From: Candidatus Deferrimicrobiaceae bacterium
GTDB lineage: Bacteria; Desulfobacterota; Deferrimicrobia; Deferrimicrobiales; Deferrimicrobiaceae
Assembly (NCBI GenBank): GCA_963792415.1
Contig: CAWBVY010000006.1
Span: 64,001-128,000, forward strand
Direction of reading: 5' to 3'
DNA: 64,000 nt
Made by a program: the position numbers and the translations under genes. Under the pieces are notes generated by a model. The model did no database searches. It had not been told where the DNA came from and worked only from the letters and a program-made list of their open reading frames with translations. Each line of letters starts with the position of its first letter. The first letter of the stretch is position 1. Positions 1-8,303 of the stretch are shown piece after piece.

Positions 1-17
1 TGGCGGGCATCCTTACG

Positions 18-599
18 TTGACCCAGGGGCTGATCCTTCTTTTCGGGGCCCTCGCCTACCTGTGCCTGCATTGCCTTCTGCGGAAGCCCGAGCGGATGTA
101 CCTCTGGGGCCACGAGTTCACGCATCTCCTCGTGGCGAAACTCTTCCTCCGCCACGTCCACGGTTTCCACATCACCTCGCGTTCCGGGGGAAGGGTGGTG
201 ATCGACCGGACGAACGTGGCGATCGACCTCGCCCCCTACGCGCTGCCGTTCTACAACGTGGTCGCGCTCCTTCCGGCGACTCTGATCGGGGGAGGGGGGC
301 CTTACGCGAGGAGGATCTATCTTGCCACGGCGGCGTTCCTGTTCTCGATGCACCTCTGCTTTTCCGCGGAAGGGTTCATCGATGGGCAGCCGGACGTTCT
401 GCGCAGCGGCAGGATCTTCTCCCTGGCCGTCGTCCTGCTCCTGCTGATGCTCTGGGTGCCGATCCTCGCGGCGCCGGGGACCCATGGCGGTTATTCCGGC
501 CTGCCCGATTTTTACCGGGAGTGGCTCCACGGCGTGACGCAGGCGCTTCTCGTCCTTTCGGAGTTCGTCCGCTCCCTTCTCGGCCGGCGTTTCCTGTAA
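18..599 (+). CDS. M50-like membrane metalloprotease (probably 5'-partial)
   Basis: Hydrophobic protein with HEFTH (HExxH) and a downstream LAPY motif; the frame is open to the window start. Confidence 0.7.
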   Translation: MTQGLILLFGALAYLCLHCLLRKPERMYLWGHEFTHLLVAKLFLRHVHGFHITSRSGGRVVIDRTNVAIDLAPYALPFYNVVALLPATLIGGGGPYARRIYLATAAFLFSMHLCFSAEGFIDGQPDVLRSGRIFSLAVVLLLLMLWVPILAAPGTHGGYSGLPDFYREWLHGVTQALLVLSEFVRSLLGRRFL

Positions 600-609
600 A
601 CTGGTCCCC

Positions 610-2718
610 ATGGTGAGAACGGAAGGAAAGCACACCCGGCCCGGGGATTTTTTCCTGCTCGCCGTCCTCCTGGCGAACCTGGTTTGCGGAGTCGGCCTCG
701 TCGGCGCCTTGCGAGGGGAACTTTCGAAGGACCTGGTCGCGGCCGAGTGCACGCTCGCCGCCTCGAAGATCAGCACCTCCCTGTGGGGAAAAGTCCTCCG
801 CTTCACCTCGGCGGCGGGGCAGGGGAGCAGGGCGGAGGGGAACGCGACGTCCAAACGGGACGCCGACGCCCTGACCATCGTAAGCGATCTGCCCGTGGAG
901 GAGAACTTCCAGCGGATCCGGTCCGGGACGGGGGAGTCGCTTCCCGTGTTCCTCGGTTCGCCCCGGGATCTTCCGGACCTCGGTCGCGTTCTCCCGCTCG
1001 CGGTCCTCGTCGCCGGCGGAACGGGCCAGGACACGCACTACGTCATCGGGGCGATTTCCCTCGCGGACATCGACGGGTACCTCGATGACCTCCGACGCAG
1101 GGGAATCCATTCCCGGATCGTCGATACGGAAGGAACCACCCTGTTTGGCGGAGAGTTCCAAGACCGCCGCGATTCCGCGTCCCGGTTCCAGGCAGGGGCG
1201 CCGCTGATGGTCGGGGCGCTCCCCAGGGAATGGTCCCTGCAGACGTACGTTCCGAACGCGGGTTCCCGCCTGCCGTTCCTGCCGCAGGCGACCCTCGCAA
1301 CGTTCTTTCTCCTGAACATGGCCACGATTGTCTTCCTTCGTCAGCGCTTCGTCCTTCCCGCGGAGGCGGCGCTGGAGGCCGTATCGGAGACCGTCGTCGC
1401 GCAAGGCGAGTTCCTTCCGCCCCGGGCCGCCCCCGCGCATATCGCCGGTGCCGTCAACACCCTTCTGTCGCGCCGCCGGCTGGAGTGGGAGGAGGAAAAC
1501 CGGTCGCTCCGTGAGAGCAACGAGCGACGGCTTCGGGAGATCTCCGAATCCCAGAAGAACCTGCTGTCGCACCACCGGCTCACCAAAAAGATGCTCCAGT
1601 CCCGGCAGGGCGACGAAGTCCTGGAGATCCTCCTCGGGGGGGTCACGGAAGGATACGGGTTTTCGGGGGCGTTGATCGGAAAGGTCTCCAGCGACGGGCA
1701 CCTGGTGTTCCAGGGGGAAAACGATCCCGTCTCCGGAAATCCGCTTCGGATCCCGCTGTGGAATTCCGGGTCGCTGCTTGCGCGGACGTTCTGGTCCGGG
1801 AACCTGTTCCACGCATCCCCCCGGGAACTGCCTCATCTTCCCGAGGAGGAGTCGATTCTCGGTTCCCTGGCCGTTCTCTGCCTTCCGGTCATGAGAAACC
1901 TCAAGGTGCGTTGCGCGGAGGCGAAGAATTGCCAGGACCGGACCTGCCCCAGTTACCATTCCGAGAACCTCAAGTGCTGGTTGAGGCAGATTCCGCAGGA
2001 GTTCTTCACCGTAGTGGGAAATCCCGAGGTCCATCGCGAAGCAATCGACGCCTGTCTCCGATGCGAAGTTTTTCCATCCTCCGCCCTCCTGGTGGTCCGG
2101 AGCGTCGAGAACGGAAAGAGGGTGACTCGGGAAAACGCCGTTCCCATTTCGAACCTCGTGTCGGAAGCCGCTCATGCGCTCGAGGTTGTGTCTCTCTACG
2201 ACAACATGAAGATAATGGCGGTAACAGATGGATTAACGGGGCTTTTTAACCATCGTGAATTCTATCAGTTGTTGCGGAGGGAGCTCGAGCGTGCCCGCAG
2301 GTACCGGCATACCCTGTCGCTTCTCATGATCGACGTGGACGATTTCAAGCAGTTCAACGACCGATTCGGTCATCCTGCCGGCGACTTTGCGCTTCGGCAT
2401 ATCGCACTCCTTCTGCAGAAATGCGCCCGGACCTCGGACATCCTTGCGCGATACGGGGGAGAGGAGTTCGCGGTCATTCTTCCCGAATCGACCCCTGGCG
2501 GTGCCCTGATGGTGGCCGAGAGGATCAAGATGGAGGTAGGCGCCCATAACTTCATCCACGATGCGAAAGAACAAGTACATCTAACCGTAAGTATTGGTAT
2601 TTACAGTTCTAAAAACGGGGACGTCACGGAAGATCAGATCGTGTCGCTCGCCGACGAGGCTTCCTATATCGCCAAAAAAAGCGGGAAGAATCAGGTCGTC
2701 GTGAAGGCGTCCACCTGA
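610..2718 (+). CDS. Membrane-anchored diguanylate cyclase with GAF-like domain and Cys-rich insert
   Basis: Two hydrophobic segments, a coiled coil, a GAF-like region, and a C-terminal domain with TDGLTGLFN, DVDDFKQFND, RTSD I-site and intact GGEEF. Confidence 0.9.
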   Translation: MVRTEGKHTRPGDFFLLAVLLANLVCGVGLVGALRGELSKDLVAAECTLAASKISTSLWGKVLRFTSAAGQGSRAEGNATSKRDADALTIVSDLPVEENFQRIRSGTGESLPVFLGSPRDLPDLGRVLPLAVLVAGGTGQDTHYVIGAISLADIDGYLDDLRRRGIHSRIVDTEGTTLFGGEFQDRRDSASRFQAGAPLMVGALPREWSLQTYVPNAGSRLPFLPQATLATFFLLNMATIVFLRQRFVLPAEAALEAVSETVVAQGEFLPPRAAPAHIAGAVNTLLSRRRLEWEEENRSLRESNERRLREISESQKNLLSHHRLTKKMLQSRQGDEVLEILLGGVTEGYGFSGALIGKVSSDGHLVFQGENDPVSGNPLRIPLWNSGSLLARTFWSGNLFHASPRELPHLPEEESILGSLAVLCLPVMRNLKVRCAEAKNCQDRTCPSYHSENLKCWLRQIPQEFFTVVGNPEVHREAIDACLRCEVFPSSALLVVRSVENGKRVTRENAVPISNLVSEAAHALEVVSLYDNMKIMAVTDGLTGLFNHREFYQLLRRELERARRYRHTLSLLMIDVDDFKQFNDRFGHPAGDFALRHIALLLQKCARTSDILARYGGEEFAVILPESTPGGALMVAERIKMEVGAHNFIHDAKEQVHLTVSIGIYSSKNGDVTEDQIVSLADEASYIAKKSGKNQVVVKAST

Positions 2719-3521
2719 TGGACTCGACAAGGGAATTCGAGCACCGCTTCAAGGCGGCGGTCGAGAAGAACTTCGACCAGAGCGCCGACGCATACGATCA
2801 TTTCGAGGAGCAACACCATCTCTTCGAAACCTTGACGAAGCGGCAACTCGAGCTGATCGAGCCTTCGAGACCCGAGAGGGTCCTCGATGTCGGCTGTGGA
2901 ACCGGAATCTCCACGCTGGCGCTTCATCAGGCCATTCGCGGACAGTCGTCGAACATCTACGCGATCGACATCAGCGAACGGATGCTCCGGCGGGCAAGGG
3001 AACGTTGCAAATCCTTGCGTGGGGTCTATTTCATCCGGGGAGACGCGGAGATCCTTTCGTCGTATTTCAAGGAATCATTCGACGCGATCTTTTACACGGC
3101 ATCGATTTTCCTGTTGCCCGGGTTCGCGGAATCGTTGCGGCAGGCGTGCAATCTTCTGGTCCCAGGAGGGGTTCTTTCGATCAGTTATTACGCCGGGTTG
3201 TTCGACGTAACCGGAAATGACGCCATCCGGAAGGCGTTTCCCGACCAGAAATACCAATACGGAGCGGTTCCGATCGGAGACCTGGTGTCCTGCCTCGAAT
3301 CGCTGCCGGAGACGCGGAGCACCCGTATCGACTACCGATTCGAGGTCAGCCGCGAATTCCTGTTCGATTTCCTTTCGATCCCGGCGCAATCCGCCGGAAT
3401 TTTTCCGAAGATCCCGTACCTGGAACGAATCCCCAAAGTCCGGGATTTCTGCGACCTTCTTGCGAAGAGGGTGGACCCGGTTTTCATGGGCTGGGAGTTC
3501 CTGATCGCGCGGAAGCGGTGA
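2718..3521 (+). CDS. Class I SAM-dependent methyltransferase
   Basis: VLDVGCGTG motif I, AIDIS, GDAE; start overlaps the upstream stop (TGATG). Confidence 0.85.
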   Translation: MDSTREFEHRFKAAVEKNFDQSADAYDHFEEQHHLFETLTKRQLELIEPSRPERVLDVGCGTGISTLALHQAIRGQSSNIYAIDISERMLRRARERCKSLRGVYFIRGDAEILSSYFKESFDAIFYTASIFLLPGFAESLRQACNLLVPGGVLSISYYAGLFDVTGNDAIRKAFPDQKYQYGAVPIGDLVSCLESLPETRSTRIDYRFEVSREFLFDFLSIPAQSAGIFPKIPYLERIPKVRDFCDLLAKRVDPVFMGWEFLIARKR

Positions 3522-3540
3522 TCTTTCCCGTCCTTCCGCT

Positions 3541-3568
3541 ATTTGACATAATATACATTACCGGACTT
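3541..3568 (-). other. dif: dif-like XerC/XerD recombination site (probable chromosome dimer-resolution site)
   Basis: Minus strand reads AAGTCCGGTAA-TGTATA-TTATGTCAAAT versus E. coli dif GGTGCGCATAA-TGTATA-TTATGTTAAAT (identical spacer, XerD arm 10/11); intergenic; genes converge on it. Confidence 0.85.
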
Positions 3569-3573
3569 ACGAT

Positions 3574-3846
3574 GTGAAAACCAATACTAGTGGTCGATCA
3601 AAGATCGCCCCCGAGGCACGCGACGTCGATCGTATCCCGTCTGCCAGTGCAACTACGCGCAGCAACGCTTCCATCATATTTGCCTCTTGTTTCCTATGCT
3701 TTATCGCAGGGTTGACCTTTGTCGATAAACTGCCAGTTTGGGTCCTTGGAGTCTATCTTCTTGCAAGCATCGCTGCATTTATCGCGTACGTACTGGACAA
3801 GTCGGCCGCGAAAAATAATCAATGGCGAACCGTTACTGCCCTATGA
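3574..3846 (+). pseudogene. Truncated DUF1294 membrane protein
   Basis: YLLASIAAFIAYVLDKSAAKNNQWRT matches the DUF1294 N-terminal half; similarity stops after WRT and the usual GGWPGA half is absent. Confidence 0.7.
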
Positions 3847-3861
3847 TCCCGCGCGTGCTAA
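3836..3861 (+). repeat. Direct repeat copy 1: CTGCCCTATGATC-N7-TGCYAA
   Basis: The 13-bp core is identical to 4453-4465, and both copies are followed 7 nt later by TGCYAA. Confidence 0.7.
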
Positions 3862-3934
3862 TGCACCGAGAATAAAATGGATTGGGCTGCAGAAAATCTG
3901 TCATATTTGCGTTAGGCCTCCAGGAGAACGAATC

Positions 3935-4441
3935 ATGGTGAAGATACGATCTTTACAAAAATACCTAAACGAGCACATCCCACTTTCGAAGGCAATGGGA
4001 GTAGAAGTCATAGAAGCGTCAATAAATGGTGTCAAATTGTCTGCTCCCCTTTCCCCCAACATCAACCACAGAGGAACGGTTTTCGGTGGCAGTGCGTCGG
4101 CTGTAGCTATTCTTTCAGCCTGGTCGTTACTCTATCTGCGACTAATATATGAAAAAATATACAGTCGCATTGTAATTCAAAGAAGCACGATGATCTACAA
4201 ACGCCCAATTATCGATATGTTTACAGCTTCATCTGACGTTACCGGCCAATCGGACTGGTTCAAGTTTCTTACAACGCTCAGGCGAAAGCATCGCGCCAGA
4301 GTAAAAGTAAACTCTATTCTGCGCTGTAATAATAGAAAAGTAGGTGAATTCGAGGGTGATTTTGTAGCATTAGATATACAAACAGCCCAACTACAGGCAG
4401 AAGCTGACGGCCACCCTGCGGGAGAGCTTGCGCGCCCGTAG
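3935..4441 (+). CDS. YiiD C-terminal-like hotdog-fold thioesterase
   Basis: HIPLSKAMG...APLSPNINHRGTVFGGS signature; AGGAGA RBS at 3922-3927; low GC. Confidence 0.85.
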   Translation: MVKIRSLQKYLNEHIPLSKAMGVEVIEASINGVKLSAPLSPNINHRGTVFGGSASAVAILSAWSLLYLRLIYEKIYSRIVIQRSTMIYKRPIIDMFTASSDVTGQSDWFKFLTTLRRKHRARVKVNSILRCNNRKVGEFEGDFVALDIQTAQLQAEADGHPAGELARP

Positions 4442-4452
4442 TATCGCATACC

Positions 4453-4478
4453 CTGCCCTATGATCGCGAGAATGCCAA
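4453..4478 (+). repeat. Direct repeat copy 2: CTGCCCTATGATC-N7-TGCYAA
   Basis: Matches 3836-3861. Confidence 0.7.
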
Positions 4479-4559
4479 CACCCTTGGAATATACATAACC
4501 AGCCATCCCTTTCGTTCTTGCGTTTTACCAATCTCAATTGGGTCGTCGTGCGGATACAT

Positions 4560-4592
4560 AAAAAAATGCCCCCGGATTGTATTTCCGGGGGC
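4560..4592 (-). terminator. Rho-independent terminator
   Basis: 9-bp stem GCCCCCGGA/TCCGGGGGC followed on the minus strand by a T-run. Confidence 0.8.
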
Positions 4593-4641
4593 TATGATTT
4601 CCTGCATCTGCAAAGACCGTAAACCCTGGATAGATCTTTGT

Positions 4642-4734
4642 TTACGAGATGCAGACACCTGCGGCCATCAAATATCCCATCGCATACACCAGACCCGCTG
4701 CCCAAACCACCGCCATTTTTTTATACGTCTCCAT
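4642..4734 (-). CDS. 30-aa hydrophobic small protein (not in the ORF track)
   Basis: METYKKMAVVWAAGLVYAMGYLMAAGVCIS*; GAAGGGAGAG Shine-Dalgarno 6 nt upstream; terminator about 50 nt downstream. Confidence 0.55.
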   Translation of the reverse strand: METYKKMAVVWAAGLVYAMGYLMAAGVCIS

Positions 4735-4986
4735 TTTTTTCTCTCCCTTCCAGTGAGGTAAATCGAAAGGATTTTTTCCTCCTGTCAAATTAGGTTCGGG
4801 CCATCCAAGGAAGTTTCAATCCCGGGGGAAAAAGTGACGGCCATGCTCCGTGTGGCATGGTTCGCTACTTGACACGCACGATTGTGCCACATATCATCAC
4901 GCGGTTGCGGATGGCCGGAGAATATAGATTCCCAGACGTTAACGGGATACCTCGAGATCCCGCGGGCGTGGAAAATCGAGGCAACG

Positions 4987-5184
4987 ATGTTTCCCAAAGA
5001 ATACAAATATATTATAGGGATTGGTTTAATTCTGTTCGGGTTTTTTGCCGTAAAATTCCGTGAGTACCAACATCCGATCTACGGTTATATAAATCTGGGA
5101 AAACATCATATATATCTCGGCGTGGCGATCATCATCATCGGGGCGATTTATATAGCTCATGTCAGGAACGAAAATAGAAAATAA
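4987..5184 (+). CDS. Small two-TM membrane protein, hypothetical
   Basis: MFPKEYKYIIGIGLILFGFFAV...IYLGVAIIIIGAIYIA; GAGG RBS; low GC. Confidence 0.6.
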   Translation: MFPKEYKYIIGIGLILFGFFAVKFREYQHPIYGYINLGKHHIYLGVAIIIIGAIYIAHVRNENRK

Positions 5185-5218
5185 TGGGTTTTATGACACG
5201 GAATATCTGATTTCCGGA

Positions 5219-5239
5219 GGGATTGCCGGCGGCAATCCC
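5219..5239. terminator. Hairpin between convergent genes
   Basis: Perfect stem GGGATTGCC-ggc-GGCAATCCC just past the GH57 stop; no clear U-tract. Confidence 0.45.
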
Positions 5240-5244
5240 GTAGA

Positions 5245-7512
5245 TCAGACCTGCCACATCCTTTCGGCAAAATCCGTTCCTGGAAGCTCGGCGGAAAATG
5301 TTCCGTAGATTGGCCACCGCTCACCGAACGATTCCGCTATCTGGATCGTCACGAAGAACTCGAGTCGCTCATCCCGGCGGCAATCGAGCGCATCGAAAGG
5401 AATCGCAAGTTCCAGGACCTTTCCGAAGGCGGCACGGACGTTCCATTCCCCCTTGGACGAATCTTCGGAAGGCGCCGTTTCCCCTTCGGATTCAGATATT
5501 TTTGAGAAGGAATAACGGAAAAGTCCGTTTATCGGATGGAGTATGGAATGGAACTTGACGGATTTCATCTGGAACAGGATATCGAGCTCGATTTCGCGCA
5601 CATTCTCAACCGCGACGACGTCCAGATCAAAGCGGAAAAAGATTTCATCGACGCTGAAACCGTAATAAAAACAGGATAATAGTATGTGGCCGGCGCGGTG
5701 CATCGTTCCGAATCCCGGAGTCGGAACGACCTTTCTCGCTGAATTCCACTCGAAATAGGAGGACACCTCGCCGTCGATCCGGGGTTGAATGTACGACCTT
5801 GGGGCGGGAATCACATTCTTTTCCTGCAAGACTCTCTCGGTTTTTATTATCGGTATATCTATTGAATCCGGTGGAATAACCCCCATTTCCTTATACGCGG
5901 CTTTTATATTGTGGCGGAAAAGGCGGTCGAATTCGGGACCGTGCGGCGTGTAGTGGTCGTCTCCGTACCACCAACACCAGTCGGATCCTTCCGCGACCAT
6001 CAGGTACTCACGCGCCTTTTGCAGATTGGGCGGTTCTCCAATATCCTCTTTTGAAGATCTCTTCGAACTCGATTCCAGGAGGGAGCGCACGCGAGAGAGC
6101 ATCTCCCATGCGGCGTGGTCTTCAGGGTGACCGATCCAGATGTGGAAGGTCCCGTCGATCCAGGACCCCGTGGGAATGGTGGGAAGTTCCCTTACCTCGC
6201 CGATCTCCGCAAGGGCCCCGGATAAGGTGTTGAATTCCACATTCGGCCTTAACTTCTCAAGTTTGCTTAACAATACATTAAGGAACTGCACGCCGGAATC
6301 GTGGAAATATTCCCAGGCGTTCTCACCGTCAAGGATGACCGGGATGACGTACACGTCATCGGAATTACCTGAATTACCGGATGAGATACGATCATATATT
6401 CTCTTGATATTATAAATGAAATTATTGGCCGCATCGTGCGCATCCCAGCGGGAATATTCGAATCCGATCAGGTCGGACAGATGGTGATCCCGGAAGAAAA
6501 CCGGAATCGACCCGCTCTTCGTAACCGCCGCGTAAGGGCGGTAAAACCAGTCCGGCTCGATCGGTATCCCTTCCGGATCCCTTCTCACGGTTTTTCCGAA
6601 AGCCCGCGCGAGGAGAATCTCATCCGTCGCCGCCCAACGGAAACCGGCCCCGCAGGCCATCTCGAGAGCCGCCGGGCTGATCGAACCTTCCGAGGGCCAC
6701 AACCCGGCCGGATCCGACCCAAAGAGGTCATGAAACACTCCCCTGCCCCGCTCCAGCTGGATTCGGGCGTCCGCGGGCCAGGAAAACGGAAGACCGGGGA
6801 GCGCAGCCCCCGGGAGGGCGTCGAGCGCGGACCGGTTGTCGATGAGGAGGGGCAGGATCGGATGGTACATCGGTGAGGAGGAAAGCTCGCCCCCGTCTTC
6901 GCGGGAGAGCTTGCGGTACTCATCGATGACCCGCCCCATCACTTCGACCTGGTGATCGAGAACGTAATGCTTCTCCCGTTCCGTGAAGCCGCTTCCTTTT
7001 CGCCAAAGGCGCGAGAGTTCCGGGTCCCCGTCACGGAACAGCGGGTGGAACCAGGTCAGGTTGAACAGGGTGGCGAGATCGGTGTACTCCGAGGCCCCGT
7101 ACCCGCCGGGTCCGCCGTTTTCCCTTCCCAGGGAGCGAAGCGCCGCTTCGTGCCCGCGAAAGAGGTCGGCGTACCGCGGCTGCGGAAGGATCATCGTGGG
7201 GGCGTACGCGGAGAAGAAATTCCGGAGGAGAAACTCGTTCTCCTCCTTCGTCAGATCGAGGGCGTTCTTGCGGGATACCGACAGAAAAACGTCATCCGCG
7301 CCGTTTTCCACGTAATCCCGTATCTGGACGAGCAGCGAGGGAACAAGGTTCACGGTGTGTCGCACGCCCGGGTGCCCGCGGAAAATCACCGGGAGCGCCG
7401 CGTAATCCTTGATCGCGTGAAGCCGGACCCAGGGAAGGATGTAGGATCCCGTTTCCGGGTCCTTGTAATACGGTTGATGCATGTGCCAGAGGAAACATAC
7501 CCGAAGCTTCAT
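5245..7512 (-). CDS. Glycoside hydrolase family 57 (amylopullulanase-like)
   Basis: WHMHQPYY, HPILPLL, WPSEG, TDE, LDGENAWE and AEGSDWCWW conserved GH57 regions. Confidence 0.92.
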   Translation of the reverse strand: MKLRVCFLWHMHQPYYKDPETGSYILPWVRLHAIKDYAALPVIFRGHPGVRHTVNLVPSLLVQIRDYVENGADDVFLSVSRKNALDLTKEENEFLLRNFFSAYAPTMILPQPRYADLFRGHEAALRSLGRENGGPGGYGASEYTDLATLFNLTWFHPLFRDGDPELSRLWRKGSGFTEREKHYVLDHQVEVMGRVIDEYRKLSREDGGELSSSPMYHPILPLLIDNRSALDALPGAALPGLPFSWPADARIQLERGRGVFHDLFGSDPAGLWPSEGSISPAALEMACGAGFRWAATDEILLARAFGKTVRRDPEGIPIEPDWFYRPYAAVTKSGSIPVFFRDHHLSDLIGFEYSRWDAHDAANNFIYNIKRIYDRISSGNSGNSDDVYVIPVILDGENAWEYFHDSGVQFLNVLLSKLEKLRPNVEFNTLSGALAEIGEVRELPTIPTGSWIDGTFHIWIGHPEDHAAWEMLSRVRSLLESSSKRSSKEDIGEPPNLQKAREYLMVAEGSDWCWWYGDDHYTPHGPEFDRLFRHNIKAAYKEMGVIPPDSIDIPIIKTERVLQEKNVIPAPRSYIQPRIDGEVSSYFEWNSARKVVPTPGFGTMHRAGHILLSCFYYGFSVDEIFFRFDLDVVAVENVREIELDILFQMKSVKFHSILHPINGLFRYSFSKISESEGETAPSEDSSKGEWNVRAAFGKVLELAIPFDALDCRRDERLEFFVTIQIAESFGERWPIYGTFSAELPGTDFAERMWQV

Positions 7513-7533
7513 CCGCGCGATGCCCCCGGGAGG

Positions 7534-8232
7534 TTACTCCGACTGCGCCAGCTGGATTTCGAGCAGATTCCGAAGGGGGGTTTCCGGGTTCTCCTTCAGG
7601 ATGAGACGATACAGCGCGGTCGCCTCGGTCTTTTTTCCGGCGAGTCCGAGGACGCGCGCCTCGCCCATTCTTGATTGGGTCTTCAGATTCGCCTCGGCGA
7701 CCGCGGCGGCATCGCGGTAGGCCGCCGCCGCGGCGGGAAAGTCCCCTTTCGCCTCGAGGGAAGTTGCGATCCCCTCCCGAAGGAGATACTTCATGACCCC
7801 TGCCTCTTTTCCGGTGGCGATTCCCGCCCGGAATTGCGTGAGCGCGAGATCGTAGTCGCCACGGGAAAACGCGATGCTGCCGAGGTAGTACAGGGAGTAC
7901 ACGATGGCTCGAGTGTTCGGATGCGTCCTGACATGTTCCTGGAGAAACTGCTCGACGGCCGCCAGTTGCGAAGGGTTCGCCGCGGAAGGTGCCTGGAGAA
8001 ACTGCTGCGCGCGGTCCAGGGTTGGCCAAAGGTCCCGGGCCGACTTGCTCTCCTTCCATTGCAGGTACGCCTGGGTCCCCAGCACGAGCCCCAGGACGGC
8101 GACAACGCCGATCACCCCGGCGGCGAATTTCGTTCGATTCTCCTTGCACCAGTCGACGGTTCGCCCGAACGTGGAAATGAATTCGTCGGGACTCTTGAGG
8201 TCCCGACGGCTCAAGCCGCTCTTCTCTGCCAT
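7534..8232 (-). CDS. Membrane-anchored TPR protein (YfgM-like)
   Basis: LKSPDEF N-terminus, one TM segment, TPR-like helical repeats. Confidence 0.75.
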   Translation of the reverse strand: MAEKSGLSRRDLKSPDEFISTFGRTVDWCKENRTKFAAGVIGVVAVLGLVLGTQAYLQWKESKSARDLWPTLDRAQQFLQAPSAANPSQLAAVEQFLQEHVRTHPNTRAIVYSLYYLGSIAFSRGDYDLALTQFRAGIATGKEAGVMKYLLREGIATSLEAKGDFPAAAAAYRDAAAVAEANLKTQSRMGEARVLGLAGKKTEATALYRLILKENPETPLRNLLEIQLAQSE

Positions 8233-8303
8233 CTCTGCGTTTTCTCCTTGGTCTTTCGATGATTTGGCATTGTATACCAGATACCTCGGGGGATGGGCAA
8301 CGT

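Noticed and set aside
3569-5240. Intact integron or prophage
   Set aside because: No intI, integrase, phage or replication genes, and no complete attC
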